64,000 bases of DNA, taken from assembly GCA_013265495.1 (NCBI GenBank), contig MU057809.1:1789062-1853061 (forward strand). Direction: 5' to 3'. This document shows positions 12,975-23,160 of the stretch, one piece after another. The DNA is from Vicugna vicugna. Taxonomy: Eukaryota. A model generated the notes under the pieces. That model was given only the letters and a program-made list of their open reading frames with translations, ran no database searches and was not told the DNA's origin. A program made the translations under genes and the position numbers. The first letter of the stretch is position 1. Each line of letters opens with the position of its first letter.

Positions 12975-13260
12975 ACTTAAATGTCTATCTTCAGGAGAAT
13001 GGACAAATAAATTGCAGTATGTTTTCACAGTGGAGCACCATATAATGGTTAAAAGGAAACAGAGCTACAGGACTCCATGTGGATAATCCCCCGATCAAAG
13101 TCTCTTGCCTAAGGGAAAAAAAAGGTTGCAAAATGATTCAAACTCTATGAAAATATTTATATAAAGTTTAAAAGCCTGTAGAATAACCCAACACATTTTT
13201 TAGGGCTACGCAGAATACTTGTGTTGGGAAGATACAACGGAAGCCACAGGATGCAGGATG
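12975..13260 (+). mobile_element. L1ME 3' fragment (continuation of the 10.3-kb element)
   Basis: aaatgtctatc..ggagaatggacaaataaattgcagtat..cacagtggagcacca is typical of the L1M 3' region. Confidence 0.65.
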
Positions 13261-13283
13261 AAGCCCACCTCTGGAGAGGGAGG

Positions 13284-13657
13284 GGGGTCCGCAGGATCAG
13301 AAAGACAGGTCAAGGCTGGGAGGACATAGCTCAAGTGGTAGAGCACACGCTCGGCCTGCAGGCGGGCCTGGGTTCAACCCCCTAATTGCCTCCTCCCTCC
13401 CCTCAAAATAAAGAAACAGACACGCCAAGGACCTCAGTTCCAGCGGTAATGCTTTATTTCTTCAAAATGGGGTCCATGGGATCAGAAACAGACAGGTCAA
13501 GGCGGGGAGGACATAGCTCAAGTGGTAGAGCACATGCTCGGCATGCAGGCGGGCCTCTGTGCAGGAGGCCCCTAATTGCCTCCTCCCTCCCCTCAAAATA
13601 AAGAAACAGACACGCCAAGGACCTCTATTCCAGCGGTAATGCTTTATTTCTTCAAAA
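13284..13657 (+). repeat. Tandem duplication (2 x ~185 bp), each unit holding a short Vic-1-like SINE
   Basis: Units start ggggtcc at 13284 and 13469; both contain gggaggacatagctcaagtggtagagcaca..cccctaattgcctcctccctcccctcaaaataaagaaacagacacgccaaggacctc..ttccagcggtaatgctttatttcttcaaaa. Confidence 0.95.
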
Positions 13658-13814
13658 AAACAAGAGAAAACGATTTGGCGGAAGCAACCAAATACTGTCT
13701 CGTTGAGTTGTGAGCACATGGCGTTTAAGCTGTGTTCCCTGTACTCGCCTGTGTGTTTGACAAGTCTCACTGGGTGTGAGCTGGAAGGAGGGGGGAGAAA
13801 TTATATAAAGGCAA

Positions 13815-14105
13815 AACTAATGAGGTGTAACTCACATACAGTGAATTAACACATCTCAAGTGTGCAGCTCGATAAATCTTTATGCAGTAAATGCATCCAG
13901 AGCGTGGTACAGAATCCAGCCCTGCAGGGCGTCCTCGCAGCGATAGACCGCCGCAAAGAGTAACTGCCGTGACGTCCGTCGCCGTCCACGAATTGTGTGT
14001 GTGTGTTTTCACTTCCGTGTGAAGGAATCCTACAGAATCCTGCAGTGTGTTCTCCTTAGCAGCTGACTCCGTTTTCTCGGCACTGTGTCTGTGAGGTTCA
14101 TCCTG
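13815..14105 (-). mobile_element. Old L1 (L1MC-like) 3' end
   Basis: tgaggtgtaactcacatacagtgaattaacacatctcaagtgtgcagctcgat..gtctgtgaggttcatcc, antisense L1M 3'UTR. Confidence 0.7.
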
Positions 14106-17100
14106 AGGGGCTGTTTTCTAAACTTCCTCGGGGCTGCTCCTGTCGGAAGGCAGGGGGTCCGAGTTGAGTGTGAGGACGAATCCCCCCCTTCAGTCCGGAG
14201 CCCTGCAGAGCAGCGGGAGAGAGAGCCAGGGTCTGGGTGGGTTTCAGACTCCTTCTGTGCCTGTGGCTGTTCAGGGAGCAGATGTCTCGTTGACGGCTGT
14301 AGGGGACCTGACGCGACTCCCAGACTCCCTCCTGGCCCTCAGTTTCCCATCCCCTCGCCTGCTGTCTGCTTTAAATAAAGTAACAAGCAAGGGTCAGGGG
14401 CTGTGGGAGAGGCCTGGGAGAGCCTTTCCATCTCAGCCCTCAAGACAGCTCTCCAGGGGTGTGAAAGTCATTAAAGCTGCAAAGGGAGATACAGATCTCA
14501 TTTTTAGACATATGTCCAAGGTTTGCCTCTGCTCAGTGCCCTGTTCCAATCCCCCCCTTGCAGCCAGCGTTTTTAAATGTTAGCCCTTCACGTTGTTTTT
14601 GTCAAAAATGTTAACTTATGCAACAGAACTTGCAGGTGTGTTGTCGTTAAAGGGAGAGGCTGCAGAGGCATGCTGGTGTGGTCTCCCGGCTGGGCTGGGC
14701 TCTGAAGTTTTCTGACATGTGATCTGTTCCCTGGTATCGTGTGTTGGCGGGCTCTGCTGTGTCTACCTGCTTCCAGGTGTGTGAGGACCATCCAGATGCT
14801 CCTGCTGACTGCCCAGTTCACTGGAATCTGTCACTGAAATTGATGGACTGATGGAAACCACAAAAATAAGGGAGGTTGGTGTGAAACACACACACACACA
14901 CTGCATGGAGCCCAGCAGAATTCAATTTCTGTTTTAAAAGAGTCATTTTCTTTTGCCTTCCGTATTATCACTTTGTTTTGGCTGCGGCGGTGAGATTGCT
15001 CAGAGTTACGTGTATTCTCGGTGGTTTTCCTGGGAAGGTGGGCTGTCACAGATGACAGTCTGGATTTGACCGCCAGACCCATCGCCCACGTGTTTAGACC
15101 CCCATCCCAACTTACCTAAAGAATCTATACCACAGTGGGCTTGTTTTTGCACCCTACAAGAGAATGGCACAGATCATCCAGGTAAAACGGGATGTCCTGA
15201 AGCTCAGAAAATGCTCCTGGTGAGGATGCAGTTAAGAGCCGTGTCTGTGAGTGGGAAATACGGAATCGCGATGGGGACCGGGAGACAAAGGGCAGCTTTT
15301 GTTGCGCTGGGTGAAGCCTCTTTGCTCTCTGTACAGGGGCAATGTTGAGCTTGTTTCAACAAAGAAGCAAAAATGTGGTGGAGTTCTTTCCCCCTTCGGC
15401 TGAACCTGAACTGGATGGTGTCTGCTTGCTTGTGATCTCCCCTTGGACCGGAGAGGGAAGGAAGAATCACGACCCTGGAGGAAGGAAGGATGGCGGATCA
15501 GCAAGATGCTGAAGAGATGCCAGCTGACTTATGGAGAGTCTGTCCAGAGAAGGGGGAGCCGGTGTACTTGAGGATTCTGCCAAGGAGAACAGTGGAAACC
15601 CATCAATTATTTTGGCTGCTGAGAATAAAAGCCTGTTGGCGGAAAAGGCACAGAGCAGAGTGACTAGGAGGAAAGGCAGGGGTGTTGGGTTAGATCTCAG
15701 CCCGGTGCCAGCACCTCCAAAGTTGCAGGGGACAGCTGGCACGGTGGCTGTGCCCGAGTCCTCCAACTGCAGCCCCCCAGGGCCACCCAGTGCGGTCCAG
15801 ATTTTGTCTGTGTCACTTGGACTTGGGAGAGAAAAATCTCCTTGTTAGAACTTGGGCCACTTGTACGTGTATCAAATCTTGGATCTTGTAGTCTGTGGCC
15901 ACATCAGGGATTAACAAACAACAAAATGCCATTAAAAACTAAAAAATAATAAAGTAAATGAATCAGTCCCCTGAAGGATGGCTGGCACCTTTGCAGATTT
16001 CCCTCGGAGCCAAAGCCCAGGGACTTCCAATCTCATTGAAATCACTAGTAATTAATACCTTCTCACTTCCTGCTGAAAGCAAAGCAATTTACAATTAAGT
16101 CAGGCATCCTTTGCGTAATCACTCTCACACCTTCCATGCATGTTTTGAAACGTGCTCTCACATTTCATGATCCGTTTATTTTACAAGATGGGTAAACGGC
16201 AGACAATTATGGCGATAATATGGCTGAGGTGTTTGGTTTTTATCTCTTCACAGTAAATTGTGGTGGTTCAAGCCTTCACAGTAATGGTTTCCATGCCTCT
16301 CTCAATTTCTTCCTATCACTTGATAATAAATAGGAGTGTTTTTTTTAAAAAGGTTAGTTTATTGTAATTATATCACCTATTCAAATAGCAGTATAATTAA
16401 AAATTTTCTTGGTAGGCACAACTGAATTAAATTAATTACACTAACAAAGATATTCCATGGTCCATGCCTCTGAAAATAGAATATTAAGTGTATTAACTCT
16501 GTTGTGTCTCATTTTTCTCTGCCTAGGCAATAAGTGCTGTCTGAATAATTGAGCAGGCAATTTGGCTTTTGAAAGATTCTATCAAAGGACACAAGGATTT
16601 AATTTCAGATTTTTTTTATCAGAAGGCAGTGTGTTTCATATATGATGCTCCACGCAGATCAGGGCTGACGAGCTTCAGAGATTCACAGGCAGCTGGAATG
16701 AACATCAAAAAATCAGAGCCAGGGCTGTGGGGAGAGCTGGACCACGGAGGGCTTCTCAGCATCTTAGGCTGCTTTCCTTTATCGCCCATTCCGTCTGAAA
16801 CATCCTTACTCTACCTTTGCCAGAGGCACTCTGACTGAACTGGAAGGAGCCTGCATGCAGTTTGCAGAGGTCCGGAAGGATTACGGTTTGGAGGTGAAAG
16901 CTCTGTTAGGATAATCTTCCTCAGGACTCTCTGAACAGGTGACGGAAGCACCCTCATTCGTTCCTTCTGCCCGTGGGCTCTCTCCTGCGGGTTGTCTCTA
17001 AGTGTTCTTGAAAAGAAGTGTTTCAGAAAACAGGCACTCTATTAGAGGGACTTAGAGATGACCTCCCAAACTCACCTCCGCAGAGTGTGGCAGGAGCCTC

Positions 17101-19329
17101 CGGTGACGTCGCGGTGGGCCTTCATCTGCGGTGACGTGAGTGGCCTCCCGTGAATCAGGTCAGGGAAATGCAGAACCAGATTTCCGTTTAGGGGAAGTAA
17201 AAGGATAATACCCTTTTTTCCCCTACCTCTTGAATTTTTGAATGCACTGAACACGGTTCCAGCCAAAGCCGTCCTTTAAGAACCTCTGACATTTGAAAGT
17301 AAGAAATCTGGGGTTTGACTTTATCCTAAAGCCCTTCTCCCCAGTCCACCAACAGCACTCTGAATATTACAAAGTGTCTTTGTAAATATTTGCTCATTTG
17401 TTTGTGAGTGAGGGCTCTGGCACTTGGCAGTGGCGGCGGTGGTGGGTGGGAGGCCTGCTGGGTTGGATTTATATTTTTCGATTGCAACAGGAGTTGAAGC
17501 AAAGGGCTATCTAATCAGTTTGCTCTGTAGCGCCCCCTCTGCCCATCTCGCTCCCTCTCCACGAACTTCTAATCTGTTTTGGGCTCCTCGGACCCTCGTC
17601 ACGTTCGGGGGTGCTATTCTTTACAGCTAATGTGCTTTGTGTAGCAGTTCCGAGGTGACCACTTCCTGCTGCCATGGGGCTCGCCCATCCCGAAACGTGA
17701 TCTGGTCCATTCTTCTCCCATCGTTAGAGCTGATGGGGGAGCAGACTCATGCTGCAAAGCCAGCACAGCTGTTTTGTGACTCATGGGAATATCACATTTC
17801 GCGTGTTTTCCCCAGTGAAATGTTTTTATTTAGATGACACATAATACTGTTGAAAAGCCAGGCCTGCGCTTTGCTCTCAGTCTGCCTTTCTGAAGAAAAC
17901 AGAGAAGTGAAAAAGGCGAAAAGAGCTTGTTTGGGAGAGCCAGCTGGCCGGAGCGTCCTCTCAGGCCGTTCATGCCATGAGCTCACGGTGGAAATCTAAA
18001 CAACAGGGAAATCGATACTGGTACTGAGCTACGGGGCGCAAGATAGAGGAAGTAGCTTTGTAGCCAGCTCATCCTAAGCCACAAATACGCCGCTGGGCCA
18101 GGGAGATCGCTGACCACACGTGAGCGTTCTGGAGAGAAAGCACAGGCAGCTACCCCTTGAGTTGCTAGACCATCTTGGGACGTGACAGCAGCTTTACGGC
18201 TTTCATCCCCACTGGAGGCCATCCTCTGGAAGGTAATGAGGCCATTAGCCCTTGAACAAGCCTCATGGCCCACTCAGCAGATAGCAGGCTCCCCTCCGGA
18301 GCCAGTCCCCCAGTTCAGCTGTTCCCAGACTTGGCATCACTGAACCTTACCACGCTGGAGCTCAGAACACCCCCCAAATACAGGGATTGGGGCTGAAGTG
18401 CGGAAATGAAGTTAATGCGTAAGTGACGGACAACCTCCCCATTTTGTTGTGACGTTCTTGGTGACGTCTGGAGCACGGTGACTTTGCCAGGGTGGTGTGC
18501 TGGGGGCAGTCTCCAAGACCTCCCATTTTGTTCCATGTATCACCTTGAACTTGCTCACATGCAGTCTCATCTCCTTCCTGCTCACCTGCACAGAGTCTTG
18601 AGATGTTCGTGTTTTCCTGTCTTCAGTTTCCCATTCCTTGTCCTTTTATCTGCTAACCCTGGGCTTTCTCTGCAACTCCCCTTGACCTTCAGCTCTTGCA
18701 AAAGGATGTTAAGTAAAACTGGGGCTGGCCCTGGTCTTTCAGGAGCCGTGCTCTTTACACCTCCCTGTGGAGAGCAGGCTCTGTCCCTTTGTCATTGGTG
18801 TTTGTTCCCTGCTCTCTGCCATTCCCTGACTGTGTCAAGACCGCTCCCATCTCCATTGGTCAGTGGCTCAATTATTTCAAAAGGTCTTTAGCGAACAAAA
18901 TTCCTTGAAGTCTTGAAAGTTTAAATAGGTGTTTTTCAAACCTTTGTGGCAGCAGAATCCTTAGTCACCCCATTGTTGTGCCACCACTGACATCTAGAAA
19001 AGTGCGAGTGTATAGATCCAGGCCAGAAAAGGCACTCAGTCAATGGGGGCTGATTATGAATAGCAACAGGGAGCCCAGGGAAAGTTGCGGTGCAGGAAGC
19101 AGCCCTTTCCTGCCTGGGTCACCTTTCAGTCTTTGCAGAATCAGCCTCAGATATAGGTTATCAGGGAGCCTGTCTTTCACAGGGGACCCTCCAACTTCCC
19201 TTTTCAACCCAGTCTCCATTCCAGGGTCCTGGTCTCCAGCTTCTGGCTTCCCACATGATCAAAGCCAGGGAACTGTTGTTCTTTGTTCTACATGGCAAAA
19301 TAAATCATCCCAGTTTTCTGTGGGTGTAG

Positions 19330-19465
19330 TGATGAGTGATGATGGAGATGATGGTGGTGGTGATGATGATAATGAAGATCATGAAGGTGATGATGGTGAT
19401 GATGATGAAGGTGGTGATGATGGTGGTGATGATGATGGTGGTGATGAAGATGATAGTGGTGACGG
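19330..19465. repeat. Imperfect (GAT/GGT)n trinucleotide repeat
   Basis: gatgatggagatgatggtggtggtgatgatgat...; source of the spurious poly-Asp and poly-His ORFs. Confidence 0.95.
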
Positions 19466-19469
19466 TATG

Positions 19470-19710
19470 TGTAGCTAAGAGTGCAAGGCACCATTCTTAG
19501 CAGTTTGCATTTATTAACTTATTCAATTCTCAGGACTTCAACCCTTACGAGGGAAGTATTTGTTATGATCAGTCCCACTTTACAGGTGAGGAAACTGAGG
19601 CACAGAGCTGTTAAGTAACTTGCTTAAGGTGACACAGCCAGTAAAGGCAGGGCTAGGATTTAGGCCTCGGCAGTCTGGGGCCAGAGCTCATGCTCTCAAG
19701 GCACTGCACT
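19470..19710 (-). mobile_element. MIR SINE (near full length)
   Basis: tttacaggtgaggaaactgaggcacagagctgttaagtaacttgcttaaggtgacacagccagt..ggcagtctggggccagagc. Confidence 0.92.
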
Positions 19711-20079
19711 AAAGGTATAGATGCTCCAGATTCTTGCCAGTGGTAAATCTAGAGGGAAATGAACATGTATTACCATTATGTAGAACTATCATTAATGATG
19801 TTCAGTGACCCCACAAGCAGTGAGGATGGGATGGGAGGTGAGGGGACAGGGAATACCGCTATGCCACACTTTCCCTGAAAAGGAATCTTATGTAGAAAAT
19901 AAACACAAGCAGAGCTTTTTGGGGAAAACAGGTTGGGGGCCTGGAGCCTTGTTAAATAACCTTCCCAAAGGCCCTCCAGAGTGGCTCTGAAGGTTCTTCC
20001 GACAGAGATCCCAGGATGCTGTAGAACTCAGGTAGAAAATCCTTTGCGTTCCAGGTGCACTGGATAATACTGGCCACTG

Positions 20080-20290
20080 TTTATTACCTACCTACTGCCT
20101 GCCAGGTATTTTTTTAACATCAGTTTCAATCCTCAGCACTGCTTCTGGAGTGAGGTGTGATTACCCCCATTTTATAGGTGAGGAAACTGAGGCTTAGGCA
20201 AGTTCTGCCACCAGCCCAGGTTCACCTGGGCTAAACTGGTGGCAGAGCTGGGGTCGGAGCCAGGAAGGCATGACTTAGAAAACCTCCTCT
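20080..20290 (-). mobile_element. MIR SINE
   Basis: cccccattttataggtgaggaaactgaggcttagg..ggtggcagagctgggg. Confidence 0.85.
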
Positions 20291-21859
20291 CTGCCAGATA
20301 CAGCAACTACTTGCTGCACATCACCCCATGGAAACGGGGGCCCTCAATTCCCCTTTGAGCGCCCACTGACGCACGCCCTTGACCCCGGCAGCCGGTGCAG
20401 CCATCAGATGTGACTTCTCTGAGCCACACCTGGGTGGCTTCTCTTTCTCCCACACCCCATCTATTCCTCCCCTTGTAGATTATTTCTAAGGACACAGGCT
20501 TCTCTTCTTTCTTCCAGTTGCCAACAGTTTGGTCCAGATGGAGGCTGAGAGCTGGCTCATCTCTGCTGCGGTTTCCCGGGCCTGGCCGAGGCGCTCTCAC
20601 GGCTGGGGTCACGTCTGTGAGCCGACATCCTCTCCAGCTCAGCGGCCGTTTGTGCTGACAGATCCCACACTCCTGCCAGCCAACCATCCCAGTTTCATCC
20701 GGGGGCTCCGGGAGCTCTCTCAGGTGGATGCCATCTGTTCGCAGTGATTTATCCGCACTCACCTCTTTCCAGTCTGGCTTAGAACATCCTGGTATTGACC
20801 ATGGTTTGATCTAGTACCTGCCTGCGGCCGCGGCCATCCTCAGCCGCTGCAGACCAAGGCTGGAAGTCCATTCAGTCCGTTAGCTGTTTCTTTTTCATCC
20901 TTTCCCCTGTAGAGAACATCTATGAGTCACACCAACCTTTTCAGAAGCGAAGTGAGCAACTGGGCTGGTGGTTCGTGCTCTCCTAGCAGGATGCCGACCG
21001 GGCCTGTGATCAGGAAGTCGTGTTGCTTAGTGACTGAGAGCATTGACTACGGAGTCAGGCTGACCTGAGCGGAGGCCCTGGTTCCACCACGTTCCATCTG
21101 GGGAGCTTGTCTGGCTAAGTACTAATTCCTCTCCCTTTAGGGGACTGCTCCTCCATCACGACGGTTGTGCTGGGGTCGCCGGTTGCAACACACAACCTCC
21201 TGGGCTCCAGTGACTGATTCAAGGGTAGATCAACCAGAGTCGTTCCCTGAATCTTTCTAAGTGGAGCCTGTGGGGGAAGCCATTTCTACTCTGGATCGAG
21301 CTGCCGAGGCCCTTTGCTCACTTCTCCAGGGAAGGTCTGTTTGAAGCAGTAAGAGTGATGCCCACAAGCTCAGAGAACGTGAATCAGTAGACAGGGAGGA
21401 ACTGGGAAGCAGGGAGTAAGTAGGAGGGTTGGCCCCTCTAGAGCTCAGCCTCCGTGGTCTGCAGAGCCAGCAGCCCCACCTGTCTTTCCAGTTAAATGAG
21501 CCACGAAATCCTTCTTTTTCCCTTGAGCTAGGATGTGTTGGGGCCCTGCTGATTGCAACCAGCGTGTCCAGGCTAATCCAGCCCCTCCAGCCGAGCGTCC
21601 TGCTGAGTCTCTGGAAGTCTTTCCTCTCTAATGTCATTACAAGTCCTCTTCTGTGATTGGTTTGAGAGTCTGTTGGAAACTATGCAGCGAAATCCCGGGG
21701 GCTCAGCTGTGTCTGGTGGTGCCTCAGTGGAGTCTCTACCTCCCCAGGACAAGCTTTCCTCTGTCTTCTTCCTTCTTCCTTCAGTGGTCCAAGCTGCTTA
21801 CAAAGCAGTTCTGTACCTTATGCCTCCTTAAGTGCTGTCAGCCGCCTGTTGAGATAGAA

Positions 21860-23160
21860 ATCTACTCACTAGGTCAGCAAACCTACTATGTCCAGTCCCT
21901 GTTCTTGGCACGGGGAGTACGCAGGTGAGCAAGACAAAGGCCTCACCTTCATGGACTTACCTTCCAGTGGGGGGGACAAACAAGAGAGTGAATAAGCACA
22001 TGATTTGATTTCAGGTGGCAAAAAGTCCTGTGAAGACAAAATAAATCGAGTCAGAGAGTGATGGGAGATTGGTTGCCATTTTAGACAAGGTGTTCCCAGG
22101 TGATCATAGAAGGCCTTTCTGAAGAGCTGGCATTAGACCAGGGACCCAGATGAACTCCGGGAGTAAGCCTTTGGGAGGAGGATTCCAGGGCTGTGTACAG
22201 CAAGTGGAATGACCCCGAAGCATGAATGAGACTGGCAAAATCTAAGAAAGCAAGGCCAGTGGCATGAAAGGGCACCGTAGTGTGCAGGTCGGGGCAACTG
22301 TTAGCCCGTCCGGTGCCCCCATGTTAATTAACAAAGGCACCCCCTTCTGGGTAGACTAACACCAGGCACCGCTGTGCAGGATACAGCCTAGACAGCTGCA
22401 CCTGGCAGTCAGGGACACGGTCTTAGGAGACAGCGTCAGAGACAGGGCCCAGGTCACGCAGGACAAGCACTGAATTTTACTCCAGGTCGTCAGTACCGCC
22501 CAAGAGAAGTAGAACGTGAGCCATGTCTGTGATTTAAAACTTCCCAATGACCACATTAAGAAATAGGTGAAATCATTTTAATAACATGTTTTATTTAACC
22601 AATATATGTGGACTGTGAACATCTCAACATGCAATCAATATAAAGAAGTTCATGAGGTGCTTGACACTCTTCTTTCAAACTGGTTTTTTAAACCTTGCGT
22701 ATATTTCACACTTACACGCACACGTCTCAACCCAGGTGCTGAAGTTCTGTGAGAAACACTTGATTGGTATTTAGATTTCATATACTTAATGAGACAAAGT
22801 AGATGCATATTCCCAGGTTGTCCCAAACATGCATGAAAGGCTTTCTAATAACTGAATTGGGCATCAGTTTTTAAACTTAAATTAATTAAATGAAATGAAA
22901 ATTTAATTTTCCCTCAGCTGCATGAGTCACATTTCAAACCCTCAACAGCCACTTGTGGCTAGTGGCCGCCGTGTTGGACGAGGCAGGTCTGCATGTTCTG
23001 GGAGCCACCGGAGGGTGGAGAGCAGGCAGGGACATGAAATTACTGACCGCTCGGAAGGACCTTTCTGGAAGCTCTGTGAAGAATAGACTTGTAAAGGGAC
23101 TAGAATGGAAACTGGGAGACCAGCTGTGACAGTCCAGGTGGGGAACGAGGGAGCCTTGCT
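21860..23160 (-). mobile_element. L2 fragments (interrupted by a hAT element)
   Basis: acctactatgtccagtccctgttcttggcac..gtgagcaagacaaagg..ccttcatggacttaccttccagtgggg; resumes at ~22995 gggagccaccggaggg..agaatagacttgtaaaggg. Confidence 0.75.
22491..22986. mobile_element. hAT-Charlie family DNA transposon (MER33/Charlie5-like)
   Basis: ataggtgaaatcattttaataacatgttttatttaacc..tcaacatgcaatcaatataa; end cacatttcaa..ctcaacagccacttgtggctagtggc..gtgttggac. Confidence 0.85.

Noticed and set aside
13284..13657. Direct repeats considered as a CRISPR-like or prokaryotic system
   Set aside because: The window is mammalian DNA; this is a two-unit tandem duplication without spacers, and no prokaryotic-type genes are present.
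18978..19494. Poly-Asp/Gly and poly-His ORFs
   Set aside because: Translations of the (GAT/GGT)n microsatellite at a MIR tail; no splice or homology support.
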